Source: Squalus acanthias (lineage: Eukaryota). From it: a stretch of 64,000 bases of DNA. Of the stretch, positions 1 through 12,650 are shown piece by piece (position 1 is the stretch's first letter; each line of letters begins with the position of its first letter). A program made the position numbers and the translations under genes. The stretch covers positions 5,706,001 to 5,770,000 of the forward strand of contig JASTWF010000033.1 of assembly GCA_030390025.1 (NCBI GenBank). Reading direction: 5' to 3'. The notes beneath the pieces are model-generated. The model was given only the letters and a program-made list of their open reading frames with translations. It was not told the origin of the DNA and made no database searches.

Positions 1-1844
1 CCAGCTCCTGAGTTGCTGCACAAACACTTTTATTTATGCCGTGACCCAGAGTAAGTTCAGAGAGGAGCTGAAGAATGGGGTGAAATTTCCCTTCACTGTA
101 CTTTCTAAGATTATAAAATAACGAGGAAAACGGGAGATTTTCACCCGTAGGCTACAATGTTGTTTCACACGGTATCCCAGCCCCTCACCACCCAGTCTCT
201 GTAATCCTGTTGTTTTTAAGGCAAACCGAGCTGATTTGATTGAGATTGAATTTGATGCAAGGTGTGTTTGTAAACTTGGAGCAGCTGCCGTGTGTGGAAA
301 ATCCTTTACTGTAATCACACATTTAAATAAAATTAAACTGACATGGAACAACTACCGTGACAATTGTTTATTGTGTTTTATTGCTGTTTGTGTTCATGGA
401 TTTCGGCCGGACGGACTGTGATTCTATGTAATGGACTGTAACTGGGAAAAGATACAACACCAGTCGGCAATACCGCGAGTTCCCCTTTACAGAGACCATC
501 TCCGGGTAGTTTACTGATTCCTGCAGTCCTACTGATGAAATACAAGTTATTCTGAGTGTAACCTTCTTCATGAGGTGTATATGAGGAGTAATTTACCACT
601 CGGCTGATGGATACTGCGCGCATTACAATGGTTACCTTTATAAAGCCTGGAATTTGCGGTGGTTAATGACGGCGAACGAACAACATTCGCTGTTATTACC
701 CCTCTGAAACTGACCGCAACTTCAGGATGTAGCGCATGGGCATCTAAACAGGGAAATCCTGAAGTTGCGGTCAGTCATTCACTGCTCCGACACTGGCTGC
801 GCTGTGCCCCCGCCCCCACCCCCATAGCCGGCAATCAGTGGAATCAGGGAAATCAGTGAAACTGACCAAACTCGGGCTTTTCCCGGCAATATCGCTGTTA
901 AATACCCCGTTAAATGGATTCGGTGTAACTGGGGTTTTAACAGCGAATTGACTGCTAAACAAGCGTTATGGCCCTGAATAAATATTTTTAATTTTATGTA
1001 GTGTCAAATTTCTCCATTGTGATAAAATGAAGTTTATTATAAACTTTAAACAAAATTATATTATTTTAAAGTTTGTTGATATTTATTTCAGGTTTATCTT
1101 TTCCCCATGTGAGAGCCCCAATCTTTGATTTTCTCTCTATAACATTTTAAAAAGTCTGAATAAACGCAACTTCTTCGCGTCCTGCTTCCTGTGAGAATTC
1201 TGCATTGTGCTGCACAGACTTTAAATTAATAAATCAGCGTCATTAACAAATATAATTAGTTGATGCTAAAGCCAAAAGTCAGTAGATATAATAAACAGGT
1301 AAGGATGAAATTGTTCCTGGGCGGGACAGTAAAACGGGCGATAGTGAATCGGCAGCCTTTTTGTCGAGCCCAGGATTTTCTTTTCAATTCAACACGGTGC
1401 TCCATACGGGGTCTGAGCAAGGCTCTGTATAACTGAAGCCTTATTTCCTCCTGTTGAGCTCCCTTCAGATGTTATGTTTAATCCCCTCAGGACACATTGG
1501 GATTGGGAAAAAATGATGCCTTGCCAGAGCTGCCCACAAACCAAGGAGCAACAATTGAAAAAACTGAATTAATAATTGAAAAAGTGATAATGATGTGGTG
1601 CAGATTAAATAAAAGAAGTTAAGATTTTTTTATTTAATTATTGCAAAATACATCACATTATCGGGACAATAGTAGAGGCAGTTCAAACACCAGCGACAAC
1701 TAATATACATGGATGAGTGATTTGATTTCAATCTTACACCACGTATGTCTCGTAATCTTCTGCTGTGCCTTTTCTAATTTCAGTTTTACTAGAACACTTG
1801 GACAACTATCATCGTGGCTTCTTTAACATGAGAACCTCCGTAAA

Positions 1845-2075
1845 GCAAATGCATAGGGTTTATGCAACCTGTCATCATAACTTAACCCTATAAGCCCTTG
1901 TATCATTCTGGTGAATCTGGGCTGTTCCTCCTCCAGGGCCATATATACATTTCCTGAGGGTCGATGCCCAAAATTAAATGCAGTTTCCCAAATGGGGTCT
2001 GGCCAAGGCTTTGTAAAACTCAAGCATCGCTTCCTTTCATTTGTATTCCAGCCGCCATTAGCTTTGAATATTAAA
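1845..2075 (-). mobile_element. Degraded CR1-like LINE ORF2 3' fragment
   Basis: Minus translation 'ALEEEQPRFTRMIQGLIGLSYDDRLHK' matches the CR1 ORF2 C-terminal motif (LExVQRRFTRMIPGL..LSYEERL) seen in the better copies in this window. Confidence 0.7.
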
Positions 2076-2572
2076 GCCCTCGAGGCACCAAGGGAGTGGC
2101 AATAAATTGAACCTTGTCAGCATCGCCCCCAACCCAGGAACCAAAAATTAAATAAAAGGTATGTATAATTGAAAAAGTTAAAACCAGAAGTGGTGTAGAT
2201 GCAACAGAAAATGCAAAGGTATTTTTATTTCAAAATTACAGAAGAGGAAATAATCTGTGGCCACTAGTGGAGGCCATTCATACACCAAGAACAAATAGCG
2301 ACACATCGATAGCCATTTTGATTCGAATATTGCACTGGTGAATCTCGAGATTTTCTCTGGTGCCTTTTCTGTTCACTGCATTAAGAGAAACCAAGGCAAA
2401 CCATCAAAGTGTACTTTCAATATGAGAACTTCTGTCCAGCAAATGCACAAAGCATGGATGATTGAGTGAAAGGGCCACCTTATCTGATGAATTGCTGCTG
2501 CCAAGAGTTTGGGCCTTTGATTAATTAATTTAAAAAAACCTTCCAGAAATCAGAGATAAGATGTGGTTTAAA

Positions 2573-4290
2573 GAACATAAGGACATAAGAAATAGGAGCA
2601 GGAGTAGGCCATTTGGCTCCTCGAGCCTGCTCCGCCATTTAATGAGATCATGGCTGATCTGATCTTGGGCTCAGCTCCATTTCCCAGCCCGCTCCCCATA
2701 ACCCTTCACTCCCTTATTGTTCAAAAATCTGTCTATCTCCACCTTAAATATATTCAATGACCCAGCCTCCACGGCTCTCTGGGGCAGGGAATTCCACTGA
2801 TTTACCACCCTCAGAGAAGAAATTCCTCCTCATCTCAGTTTTAAATGGGCGACCCCTTATTCTGAAACTATGGCCCCTAGTTCTAGATTCCCACGTGAGG
2901 GGAAACATCTTCTCTGCATCTACCTTGTCGAGCCCCCTCAGTATCTAATATGTTTCAATATGATCACCTCTCATTCTTCAAAACTCCAATGAGTATCGGC
3001 CCAACTTGCTCAACCTTTCTTCATAAGTCAACCCCTTCATCTCAGGAATCAAACTCGTGAACATTCTCTGAACTGCCTCCAATGCATGAATAGCCCTCCT
3101 TAAATATGGAGACCAAAACTGTACACAGTACTCCAGGTGTGGTCTCACCAATATCCTTTACATTTGTAGCAGAGCTTCCCTGCTTTTATACTCCAACCCC
3201 CTTTCAATAAAGGACAACATTCCACTTGCGTTCCTGATTACTTGCTATACCTGCATGCTAACTTTTTGTGTTTCATGCACAAGGTCCTCCACGTCCCTCT
3301 GTACTGCAGCATTTTGTAATCTCTCTCCATTTGAATAATAATTGTTTTTGAATGTTTCTTATCAAAGTGGATAACCTCAAACTTACCCACCTTATACTCC
3401 ATCTGCAAAATGTTTGCCCACTCACTTAGCCTGTCTATATCCCTTTGCAGATTCTTTGTGTCCTCTTCACAACTAGCTTTCCGCACCTATCTTTGTATCA
3501 TCAGCAAATTAGTCTACATTACACTCGGTCCCTTCATCCAAGTCATTAATATAGATTGTAAATAGTTCAGGCCCCAGCACTGATCCCTGTGGCATCCCAC
3601 TATTTAACGTTTGCCACCCGGAAAATGAATTATTTATGCTGACTCTCTGTTTTCTGTTAGTTAGCCAATCCTCTATCCATGCTAATATATTAGCCCCAAC
3701 CCCGTGAGCTCTTATCTTGTGCAGTAACCTTTTACGTGGCACCTTATCGAATGCCTTCTCGAAATCGAAATGCACCACATCCACTGGTTCCCCTTTATCC
3801 ACCCTGCTCGTTACATCCTCAAAGAACTCCAGCAAATTTGTCAAACATTCATAAAACCATGCTGACTCTGCTTGACTGTATTATGATTTTCTAAATGTCC
3901 TGCTACTGCTTCCTTAATAATGGACTCCAGCATTTTCCCAATGACAGATGTTAGACTAACTGATCTATATTTTCCTGCTTTTTGTCTCCCTCCCTTCTTA
4001 AATAGGGGCGTTACATTTGCGGTTTTCCAATCCACTGCGACCTCTCAAGAATCCAAGGAATTTTGGTAGATTGCAACCAGTGCATCCACTATCTCTGCTG
4101 CCACTACTTTTAAGACCCTAGGATGCAGACCATCAGTTCCCTGGGACTTGTCTACCTTTAAACCCATTATTTTACCGAGTGCTTTTTCTTTAGTGATTGA
4201 GATTGTTTTAAGTTCCCCCCTCCCTATAGCCACTGATTATATATTATTGGGATGGTGTTAGTGTCTTCTGCTGTGAAGACTGATACAAAG
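2573..4290 (-). mobile_element. CR1-clade LINE, 5'-truncated, RT region plus 3' UTR (pseudogenised)
   Basis: Minus ORFs give [74 protein letters not shown]-like 3' tail at ~2573-2590. Confidence 0.93.
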
Positions 4291-4560
4291 GGGGGACGGA
4301 GAGATAGAGGGGGAGGGAGAGAGAGAGGATGGAGAGATAGAGAGGATGGAGAGATAGAGAGCGCGGAGAGAGAGAGAGCGTCGGAAGAGAGAGAATGAGG
4401 AGATAGAGAGAATGAGGAGAGAGAGAGAATGAGGAGAGCGAGGGGAGAGAGAGAGAGAAATGGGAGAGGGGGAGAGGGTAGAGAGAGGGGAGACGGTAGA
4501 GAGAGGGGAGAGAGAAGAGGGGAAGAGCGAGAGAGAGGGGAGAGAGGAGAGAGGGGGAGA
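4290..4560. repeat. GA-rich low-complexity/microsatellite tract
   Basis: Nearly pure G/A run seen directly. Confidence 0.95.
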
Positions 4561-5822
4561 GGTGTTTGTAAACACATCAGCCTTGTCTTTTCCACTCATG
4601 TGATGAGCTCTGCCATTATTGAGCATGGGGATATTCATGGAGCCTCCTCCTGTAGTTAGTTGTTTAATTGTCCACCACAATTCATGATTGGATGTGGCAG
4701 GACTGCAGAGCTTTGATCTGATCCGTTGATTGTGGGGTCGCTTAGCCCTGTCTATAGCATGCTGCTCCTGCTTTTTAGCATGAATGTAGTCCTGTGTTGT
4801 AGCTTCCCCAGGTTGGTACCTTATTTTTAGGTACACCTGGTGCTGCTCCTGGCATGCTCTTCTACACTCGTTATTGAACCAAGGTTGGTCCCCTGGCTTG
4901 ATGGTAATGGTAGACTGAGGGATATGCCAGGTCATGAGGTTACAGATTGTGTTTGAATACAATTCTGCTGCTGCTGATGGCCCACAGCGCCTCATGGATG
5001 CCCAGTTTTGAGCTGCTAGATCTGTTCTGAATCTGTCCCATTTAGCACGGTGGTAGTGCCACACAACACGATGGAGGGCGTTCTCAGTGTGAAGACGGGA
5101 CTTCGTCTCCACAATGACTGTGCGGTGGTCACTGATACCAATGCCATCATGGAAAGTTGCATTTGCGACAGGTAGATTGGTGAGGACGAGGTCGTGTATG
5201 TTTTTCCCTCGTGTTGGTTCTCTCACCACCTGCCGCAGGCCCAGTCTGGCAGATATGTCTTTCAGGCATCGGCCAGTTCGGTCAGTCGTGGTGCTACCGA
5301 GCCACTCTTGGTGATGGACATTGAAGTCCTCCACCCAGAGTACAGTCTGCGCCCTTGCTACTCTCAGTGCTTCTTCCAAGTGGTGTTCAACATGGAGGAT
5401 TACTGATTCATCAGCTGAGGGAGGGCGGTAGGTGGGAATCAGCAGGAGGTTTCCTTGACCATGCTTGACCTGAAGCCATGAGACTTCTATGGGGTCCGGA
5501 GTCAATGTTGAGAACTCCCAGGGCCACTCCCTCATGACTGTATACCACTGTGCCGCCACCCCTGGTGGGTCTGTCCTGCCGGTGGGACAGGACATACCGA
5601 GGGATGGTGATGGAGGAGTTTGAGACATTGGCTGAAAGGTATGATTCTGTGAGTATGACCACGTCAGGCTGTTGCTTGACCAGTCTGTGGGACAGCTCTC
5701 CCAATTTTGGCACAATTCCCCAGATGTTGGTGAGGAGGACTTTGCAGGTTCATTGGGGCTGGGTGTGTCATTGCCGTGTCCGTAACTGGTGCCGAGGTCG
5801 ATGCCGGGTGGTCCATCCGGAT
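4561..5822 (-). mobile_element. APE-endonuclease region of a second non-LTR (LINE) family, degraded
   Basis: Minus translations: QQPDVVILTESYL, DRPTRGGGTVVY, TYRPP, (G)DFNVHH, VREPTRG.N..DLVLTN, SDHRTV, PWFN - AP-endonuclease motifs; clearly diverged from the CR1 copies. Confidence 0.85.
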
Positions 5823-6049
5823 TGAGCAAGTTTAAAACAGCCGAGAGAAAGACACACACACTGAAAGAGACAAGCTTTTATCACAGCAGGGGGGAGTGTG
5901 AAGCAGGAATCTCGACTGCTCGTGTGGATAAGAGAAAAATGTTGCCTTTGCAATAAAGATTGGAAGTGATAAAACATCAATGGTTTCCCGAACAAATGAG
6001 AACCACTGTATCAACAGGATACACTCAGGGAGGGAGTGATGGTTCATGA

Positions 6050-6155
6050 TTAAATCTGTTTCGTTCTCCACGGATGCTGCCTGGCCTGCAGAGTGTTTCC
6101 AGCATTTTCTGTTGTTATTTCAGATTTCCAGCATCCGCAGTATTTTGCTATTGTG
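6050..6155 (+). mobile_element. Penelope-like element 3'-end fragment
   Basis: ctccacggatgctgcctggcctgc...atttcagatttccagcatccgcagta..ttgctat is nearly identical to 12563-12648, the end of the Penelope copy. Confidence 0.85.
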
Positions 6156-6324
6156 TTAGATTTTAGTATCTGATTGACTTGATTCAATAAAATTAAAATC
6201 AAAACTTATTTCGGTGTTTCCCTACACCTCGAACTTGTATTAGAGATAAAGGATGTATGACAATATCCTAGAATACATCCACAAGGGCAATAGGAATATA
6301 TGAATACATCCTACAGCTAAGGAC

Positions 6325-7618
6325 AAAGTGACTGAACACAGAGAAATTTGAGTTGATTAGAGAGAGGCAATATGGATTTGTAAAGGGAAGTTCATGTCTA
6401 ACGAACCTCATTGAATTTTGAGGAATTAGCTGAAGTAATAGACAGGGGAATGTCTGCGGATGTGTTGTATATGGACTTCCAGAAGGCATTCAATGAGGTT
6501 CTGTACAAGAGACTGTCAGCGAAAATTAAAGGTCATGGAATTGAAGGCAAATTATTGACCTGGTTAGGAGATTGGTTAGGCGGTAGAAGACAGAGATTAG
6601 GGATAATGGGAATGTACTCAAATTGGAAGGAAGTGACTTGTGGTGTCCCACAAGAATCTGTGCTGGGGCCACAACTATTCACTATATTTATTAATGACAG
6701 GGATAACATAATAGAGAGCCATATATCCAGGTTTGCCGATGACACAAAGATAGATGGCACAGTAACTAGTGTAGGGGGGAGCATAACATTACAAAGAGAC
6801 ATTGATAGATTAACTGAGTGGGCAAAACTGTGGCAGCTGGATTTCAACGCAGTGAAGTCATCCATTCTGGACCAAAGAAAGACAGATGTGAGTATTTTTT
6901 AAATGGTAGAAAGCTGGGAACAGTGAAGCTCCAAAGACATTTAGGGGTTTGTGTAAAGAGGTCACTAAAATGTAGCGATCAGGTGCAAAAAATAATCAAC
7001 AAAGCTGAAGGAATGTTAGCCTTTATATCTAGAGGGCCAGAATACAAGGGGGATTGCTAGAGCTATACAAAGCCCTGGTTAGATCACATCTGGAGCACTG
7101 TGTACAGTTCTGGGCACCGCACCTTGGAAAGGATATATTGGCCTTGGAGAATGTTGCCAGGGCCCAAGGGTTAAATTATGAGGACAGATTACAGAAACCT
7201 GGCTTCTATTCCTGGAATATAGAAGGTTAAGGGGTGAGATTATTGAGGTTTCCGAGATTTTGAACGGAATTGATAGGATAGATAGAGAAAACCTTTTTCC
7301 TCTGGTGGTATTGTCTCGGACAAGGGGAAATAACCTTACAATCAGAGCCAGGCCATTCAGGAGATAATTTAGGAAACACTTCTTCACACAAAGGGTGGTA
7401 GAAGTGTGGAACCCTCTCCCGCAAAAAGCAGTAGATGTCTCAATTAATAATTTCATATCTGAGGTCGATAGATTTTATCATCACCAAGAGTATTAAGGGA
7501 TATGGAGCGAAGTCGGGTGGATGGAGTTAGGACACAGATCAGCCACGATCTAATTGAATGGAGGGACAGGCTCGATGGGCTGAAGGGACTCTTCCTGTTT
7601 CTATGTCCTGTGTTTCTA
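6325..7618 (+). mobile_element. CR1-clade LINE, 5'-truncated RT/3' UTR, degraded
   Basis: YMDFQKAF, GVPQESVLGPQLFTIFIND, RFADDTK, FFTQRVV; TTTCTATG-like tail. Confidence 0.92.
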
Positions 7619-7629
7619 ATACCTCCACA

Positions 7630-9762
7630 TCAGGGCAATAGGGATATATGACAATATCCAACAATACCTCAATAAGGTCAATAGGGATATATGACAATAT
7701 CCTCCAATATCTCAATAAGGGCAATAGGAATATATGACAATATCCTCCAATACCTCAATAAGGCCAATAGGGATATATGAAAATATCCTCCAATACCTCA
7801 ATAACGGCAATAGGGATATATGACAATATCCTACAATACCTCAATAAGGGCAATAGGGATATATGACAATATCCTCCAATATCTCAATAAGGGCAATAGG
7901 GATATATGACAATATCCTCCAATATCTCAATAAGGGCAATAGGAATATATGACAATATCCTATAATAAAAAAATAATAGCAATAGGGATATATGACTATA
8001 TCCTCCAAGACCTCAATAAGGTCAATAGGGATATATGACAATATCCTACAATACCTCAATAAATGCAATAGGGATATATGACAATATCGTCCAATACCTC
8101 TATAAGGTCAATAGGGATATATGACAATATCCTCCAATACCTCAATAACGGCAATAGGGATATATGACAATATCCTCCAATACCTCAATAAGGGCAATAG
8201 GAATATATGACAATATCCTATAATAAAAAAATAATAGCAATAGGGATATATGACAATATCCTCCAATATCTCAATAAGGGCAATAGGGATATATGACAAT
8301 ATCCTCCAATATCTCAATAAGGGCAATAGGGATCTATGACAATATCCTATAATAAAAAAATAATAGCAATAGGGATATATGACAATATCCTACAATACCT
8401 CAATAAATGCAATAGGGATATATGACAATATCCTACAATACCTCAATAAGGGTAATAGGGATATATGACAATATCCTCCAATACCTCAATAAGGGCAATA
8501 GGGATATATGACAATATCCTCCAATATCACAATAAGGGCAATAGGGATATATGACAATATCCTCCAATACCACAATAAGGGCAATAGGGATATATGACAA
8601 TATCCTCCAATACCTCAATAAGGGCAATAGGGATATATGACAATATCCTCCAATACCTCAATAAGGGCAATAGGGATATATGACAATATCCTCCAATACC
8701 TCAATAAGGGCAATAGGGATATATGACAATATCCTCCAATACCACAATAAGGGCAATAGGGATATATGACAATATCCTCCAATACCACAATAAGGGCAAT
8801 AGGGATATATGACAATATCCTCCAATATCACAATAAGGGCAATAGGGATATATGACAATATCCTCCAATACCACAATAAGGGCAATAGGGATATATGACA
8901 ATATCCTCCAATATCACAATAAGGGCAATAGGGATATATGACAATATCCTCCAATACCTCAATAAGGGCAATAGGGATATATGACAATATCCTCCAATAC
9001 CACAATAAGGGCAATAGGGATATATGACAATATCCTCCAATACCACAATAAGGGCAATAGGGATATATGACAATATCCTCCAATACCACAATAAGGGCAA
9101 TAGGGATATATGACAATATCCTCCAATACCTCAATAAGGGCAATAGGGATATATGACAATATCCTCCAATATCACAATAAGGTCAATAGGGATATATGAC
9201 AATATCCTCCAATACCACAATAAGGTCAATAGGGATATATGACAATATCCTCCAATATCTCAATAAGGGCAATAGGGATATATGACAATATCCTCCAATA
9301 CCACAATAAGGTCAATAGGGATATATGACAATATCCTCCAATACCTCAATAAGGTCAATAGGGATATATGATAATATCCTCCAATACCTCAATAAGGTCA
9401 ATAGGGATATATGACAATATCCTCCAATACCTCAATAAGGTCAATAGGGATATATGACAATATCCTCCAATACCACAATAAGGGCAATAGGGATATATGA
9501 AAATATCCTCCAATACCTCAATAATGGCAATAGGGATATATGACAATATCCTCCAATACCACAATAAGGGCAATAGGGATATATGACAATATCCTCCAAT
9601 ATCTCAATAAGGGCAATAGGGATATATGACAATATCCTCCAATATCTCAATAAGGGCAATAGGGATATATGACAATATCCTCCAATACCACAATAAGGTC
9701 AATAGGGATATATGACAATATCCTCCAATATCACAATAAGAGCAATAGAGATATATGACAAT
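7630..9762. repeat. 43-bp tandem satellite, left part (unit CAATAGGGATATATGACAATATCCTCCAATACCWCAATAAGGG)
   Basis: Direct tandem periodicity of 43 bp. Confidence 0.97.
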
Positions 9763-12247
9763 CTACTGCTCTCGCCGCATCTTGAGATCCACGCTCAACG
9801 CCATGCGGCGCCACATGAACACTCTCGACATCTCTCTTCAGCAGCACCGACGCACCCTATCTCAAAGCTGTCCGGGTCCACAGTTCCATTTCATCCTTAG
9901 ACTCATCCGACGCTTCAACAAAAAACTTTTCTTCTTCCTTTCCGATGTCAAGGATCGCAAGCTTCAACAACTCTTGGACACTAAAGCCCCTCCGGAACCT
10001 TCTTCCCCTTCACTTTCCTCTGACCCCCCTTCTCCCAATCTCACCCCCTGCCGCGTTTTCACTATCCCCTCTGACCTTCCCCTCTCTGACTCCGAACGAT
10101 CAGTCCTCAGCAAAGGCCTGAGCTTCATCCCCTTACGCCCCCATCTCAATGAATTTCGAGCTCGGCACGATGCTGAGCTCTTTTTCCGCCGCCTCCGTCT
10201 CCGTGCCCACTTCTCTGGCCAGGAGTCTTCCCCCCGCACGGCTGACCCTTTCTCCCGCTTTCAGAATTCTCGTTCCACCTGGACCCCTCCCTCTGGCCTC
10301 TTACCCTCTCTTGATCTTTTCATTGCTAACTGCCGCCGTGACATCGGCCAGCTCAATTTCTCTGCTCCCCTCACTCACTCCAACCTACCTCCCTCTGAAC
10401 TTGCAGCACTCCATTCTCTCCGATCCAACCCTGACATTGTCATTAAACCTGCTGACAAGAGTGGCGCTGTTGTTGTTTGGCGAACCGACCTCTACCTAGC
10501 GGAAGTTGAACGCCAACTCTCTGACACCTCCTCCTACCTCCACCTGGACCATGACCCCACTACCGAACATCAAGCCACCGTGTCCAAGACTGTCACTGAC
10601 CTCATCTCCTCTGGAGATCTTCCCCCCACGGCCGCCAACCTCATAGTTCCCCAACCCCGCACAGCCCGCTTCTACCTCCTTCCCAAGATCCACAAACAGG
10701 ACTACCCCGGTAGACCCATCGTTTCAGCCTGTTCTTGCCCCACGGAACTTATCTCTTCCTATCTCGACTCTATTTTTTCTCCCCTTGTCCAGTCTCTTCC
10801 CACCTACATCCGCGACTCTTCCGATGCCCTCCGCCATTTTAACAGTTTCCAGTTTCCCGGCCCCAACCGTCTCCTCTTCACTATGGACGTACAATCCCTC
10901 TACACCTCCATTCCCCACCAGGATGGCCTGAGGGCGCTCCGCTTCTTCCTTGAACAGAGGCCCAACCAGTCCCCATCCACCACCACCCTCCTCCGCCTGG
11001 CTGAACTTGTTCTCACATTGAACAACTTCTCCTTTGACTCTACCCATTTCCTCCAAATTAAAGGTGTTGCTATGGGTACCCGCATGGGTCCTAGCTATGC
11101 CTGCCTTTTCGTGGGATATGTGGAACACTCTTTGTTCCAGTCCTACTCGGGTCCCCTCCCTCACCTCTTTTTCCGGTACATTGATGACTGTATCGCTGCC
11201 GTCTCCTGCTCTCGCCCTGAACTAGAACATTTCATTCACTATGCTTCCAATTTCCACCCTTCCCTCACCTTCACATGGTCCATCTCCGACTCTTCCCTTC
11301 CCTTCCTCGACTTCTCCATCTCCATCTCTGGGGATAGGTTATTGACTAACATTCACTACAAGCCCACTGACTCCCACAGCTACCTGGACTACACTTCCTC
11401 CCACCCCGCCTCCTGTAAGGACTCTATTCCATTCTCCCAGTTTCTCCGTCTCCGCCGCATCTGCTCTGATGATGCCACCTTCCATACCAGTGCTTCTGAC
11501 ATGTCTTCCTTTTTCCTCAACCGAGGATTCCCCTCTACCGTGGTCGACACGGCCCTCGACCGTGTCCGTTCTATCTCCCGCACTTCTGCCCTCACCCCTG
11601 CCCCTCCCTCCCGGAACCACGATAGGGTTCCCCTTGTCCTCACCTTTCACCCCACCAGCCTCCACATTCAACGGATCATCCTCCGCCATTTCCGCCACCT
11701 CCAGCGTGATCCCACCACCAAACACATCTTCCCCTCACCTCCCATTTCAGCATTCCGTAGGGACCGCTCCCTCCGCGACACCCTAGTCTACTCCTCTACC
11801 ACCCCCAGCACCCCTTCCCCTTCGCCCGGCACCTTCCCGTGCACGCGCAGGAGATGCAACACATGCCCTTATACCTCCCCTCTTCCCACTGTCCAGGGCC
11901 CCAAACACCCCTTCCAGGTGAAACAGCGATTTACTTGTACTTCCTGCAATTTAGTATACTGTATTCGCTGCTCACGATGTGGACTCCTCTACATTGGGGA
12001 GACCAAACGCAGATTGGGTGACCGCTTTGCGGAACACCTCCGTTCAGTCCGTAAGGGGGACCCCGAGCTCCCGGTGGCCTGTCACTTTAATTCACCGCTT
12101 CACTCCCACTCTGACCTCACCGTCCTCGGCCTATTACACTGTTCCACGGAAGCGCAGCGTAAGCTCGAGGAACAGCACCTCATCTTTCGTTTAGGCACGC
12201 TACAGCCCTCTGGACTCAATATCGAGTTCAACAATTTTAGATCATAA
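9755..12247 (+). CDS. Penelope-like reverse transcriptase + GIY-YIG endonuclease (830 aa uninterrupted)
   Basis: KPADK, FYLLPKIHK, GRPIVS, MDVQSLYTSIP, GVAMGTRMGPSYA, RYIDD, PFLD, YKPTD; Cys linker CTRRRCNTC (Neptune-type); NLVYCIRCSRCGLLYIGET..R..EH, HFN, GLN. Confidence 0.93.
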   Translation: MTIYCSRRILRSTLNAMRRHMNTLDISLQQHRRTLSQSCPGPQFHFILRLIRRFNKKLFFFLSDVKDRKLQQLLDTKAPPEPSSPSLSSDPPSPNLTPCRVFTIPSDLPLSDSERSVLSKGLSFIPLRPHLNEFRARHDAELFFRRLRLRAHFSGQESSPRTADPFSRFQNSRSTWTPPSGLLPSLDLFIANCRRDIGQLNFSAPLTHSNLPPSELAALHSLRSNPDIVIKPADKSGAVVVWRTDLYLAEVERQLSDTSSYLHLDHDPTTEHQATVSKTVTDLISSGDLPPTAANLIVPQPRTARFYLLPKIHKQDYPGRPIVSACSCPTELISSYLDSIFSPLVQSLPTYIRDSSDALRHFNSFQFPGPNRLLFTMDVQSLYTSIPHQDGLRALRFFLEQRPNQSPSTTTLLRLAELVLTLNNFSFDSTHFLQIKGVAMGTRMGPSYACLFVGYVEHSLFQSYSGPLPHLFFRYIDDCIAAVSCSRPELEHFIHYASNFHPSLTFTWSISDSSLPFLDFSISISGDRLLTNIHYKPTDSHSYLDYTSSHPASCKDSIPFSQFLRLRRICSDDATFHTSASDMSSFFLNRGFPSTVVDTALDRVRSISRTSALTPAPPSRNHDRVPLVLTFHPTSLHIQRIILRHFRHLQRDPTTKHIFPSPPISAFRRDRSLRDTLVYSSTTPSTPSPSPGTFPCTRRRCNTCPYTSPLPTVQGPKHPFQVKQRFTCTSCNLVYCIRCSRCGLLYIGETKRRLGDRFAEHLRSVRKGDPELPVACHFNSPLHSHSDLTVLGLLHCSTEAQRKLEEQHLIFRLGTLQPSGLNIEFNNFRS

Positions 12248-12650
12248 CCTCAGCTCCAATCACATTTATATTTTATTTTTATTTGTCCCCCCCCACCTTT
12301 TTTTTTTCCTCCTAGAAGCTGGCAGCTGTCCTTCATTCTGCCAGTGGATTTCACACTTCATTCAGCCTTAATCTGTCACATTAACACCACCTCTAGCCTT
12401 GCATATCTCTTAATGTCTCTTAATGTCTCTTCATCTCCCCCTTTGTTCCTTTATCCCCTCCCCCTTTTCCCAGCTTTACCCTGGCCTTAAATCTATTTGA
12501 TTTCCGGCTCTTCCCAGTTCTGATGAAAGGTCATCGACCTGAAACGTTAACTCTCTTTCTCTCTCCACGGATGCTGCCTGGCCTGCTGAGTTTTTCCAGC
12601 GTTTTCTGTTGTTATTTCGGATTTCCAGCATCCGCAGTAGTTTGCTATCG
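9763..12650 (+). mobile_element. Penelope-like retroelement (Neptune-type), 5'-truncated, inserted in the 43-bp satellite
   Basis: RT + GIY-YIG ORF; 3' region with hammerhead motif; satellite phase overlaps by TATATGACAAT on both sides (9752-9762, 12651-12661), a probable 11-bp TSD. Confidence 0.95.
12516..12552 (+). ncRNA. Minimal type-I hammerhead ribozyme motif in the Penelope 3' region
   Basis: AGTT-CTGATGA-A-AGGTC(ATC)GACCT-GAAA-CGTT-AACT: conserved core, 5-bp stem II, palindromic AACGTT stem III, stem I AGTT/AACT. Confidence 0.8.

Noticed and set aside
4258..5859. 533-aa ORF as a functional gene
   Set aside because: Stitches out-of-frame LINE sequence, an endonuclease remnant and a microsatellite; the true endonuclease N-terminus is in another frame (5411-5713)
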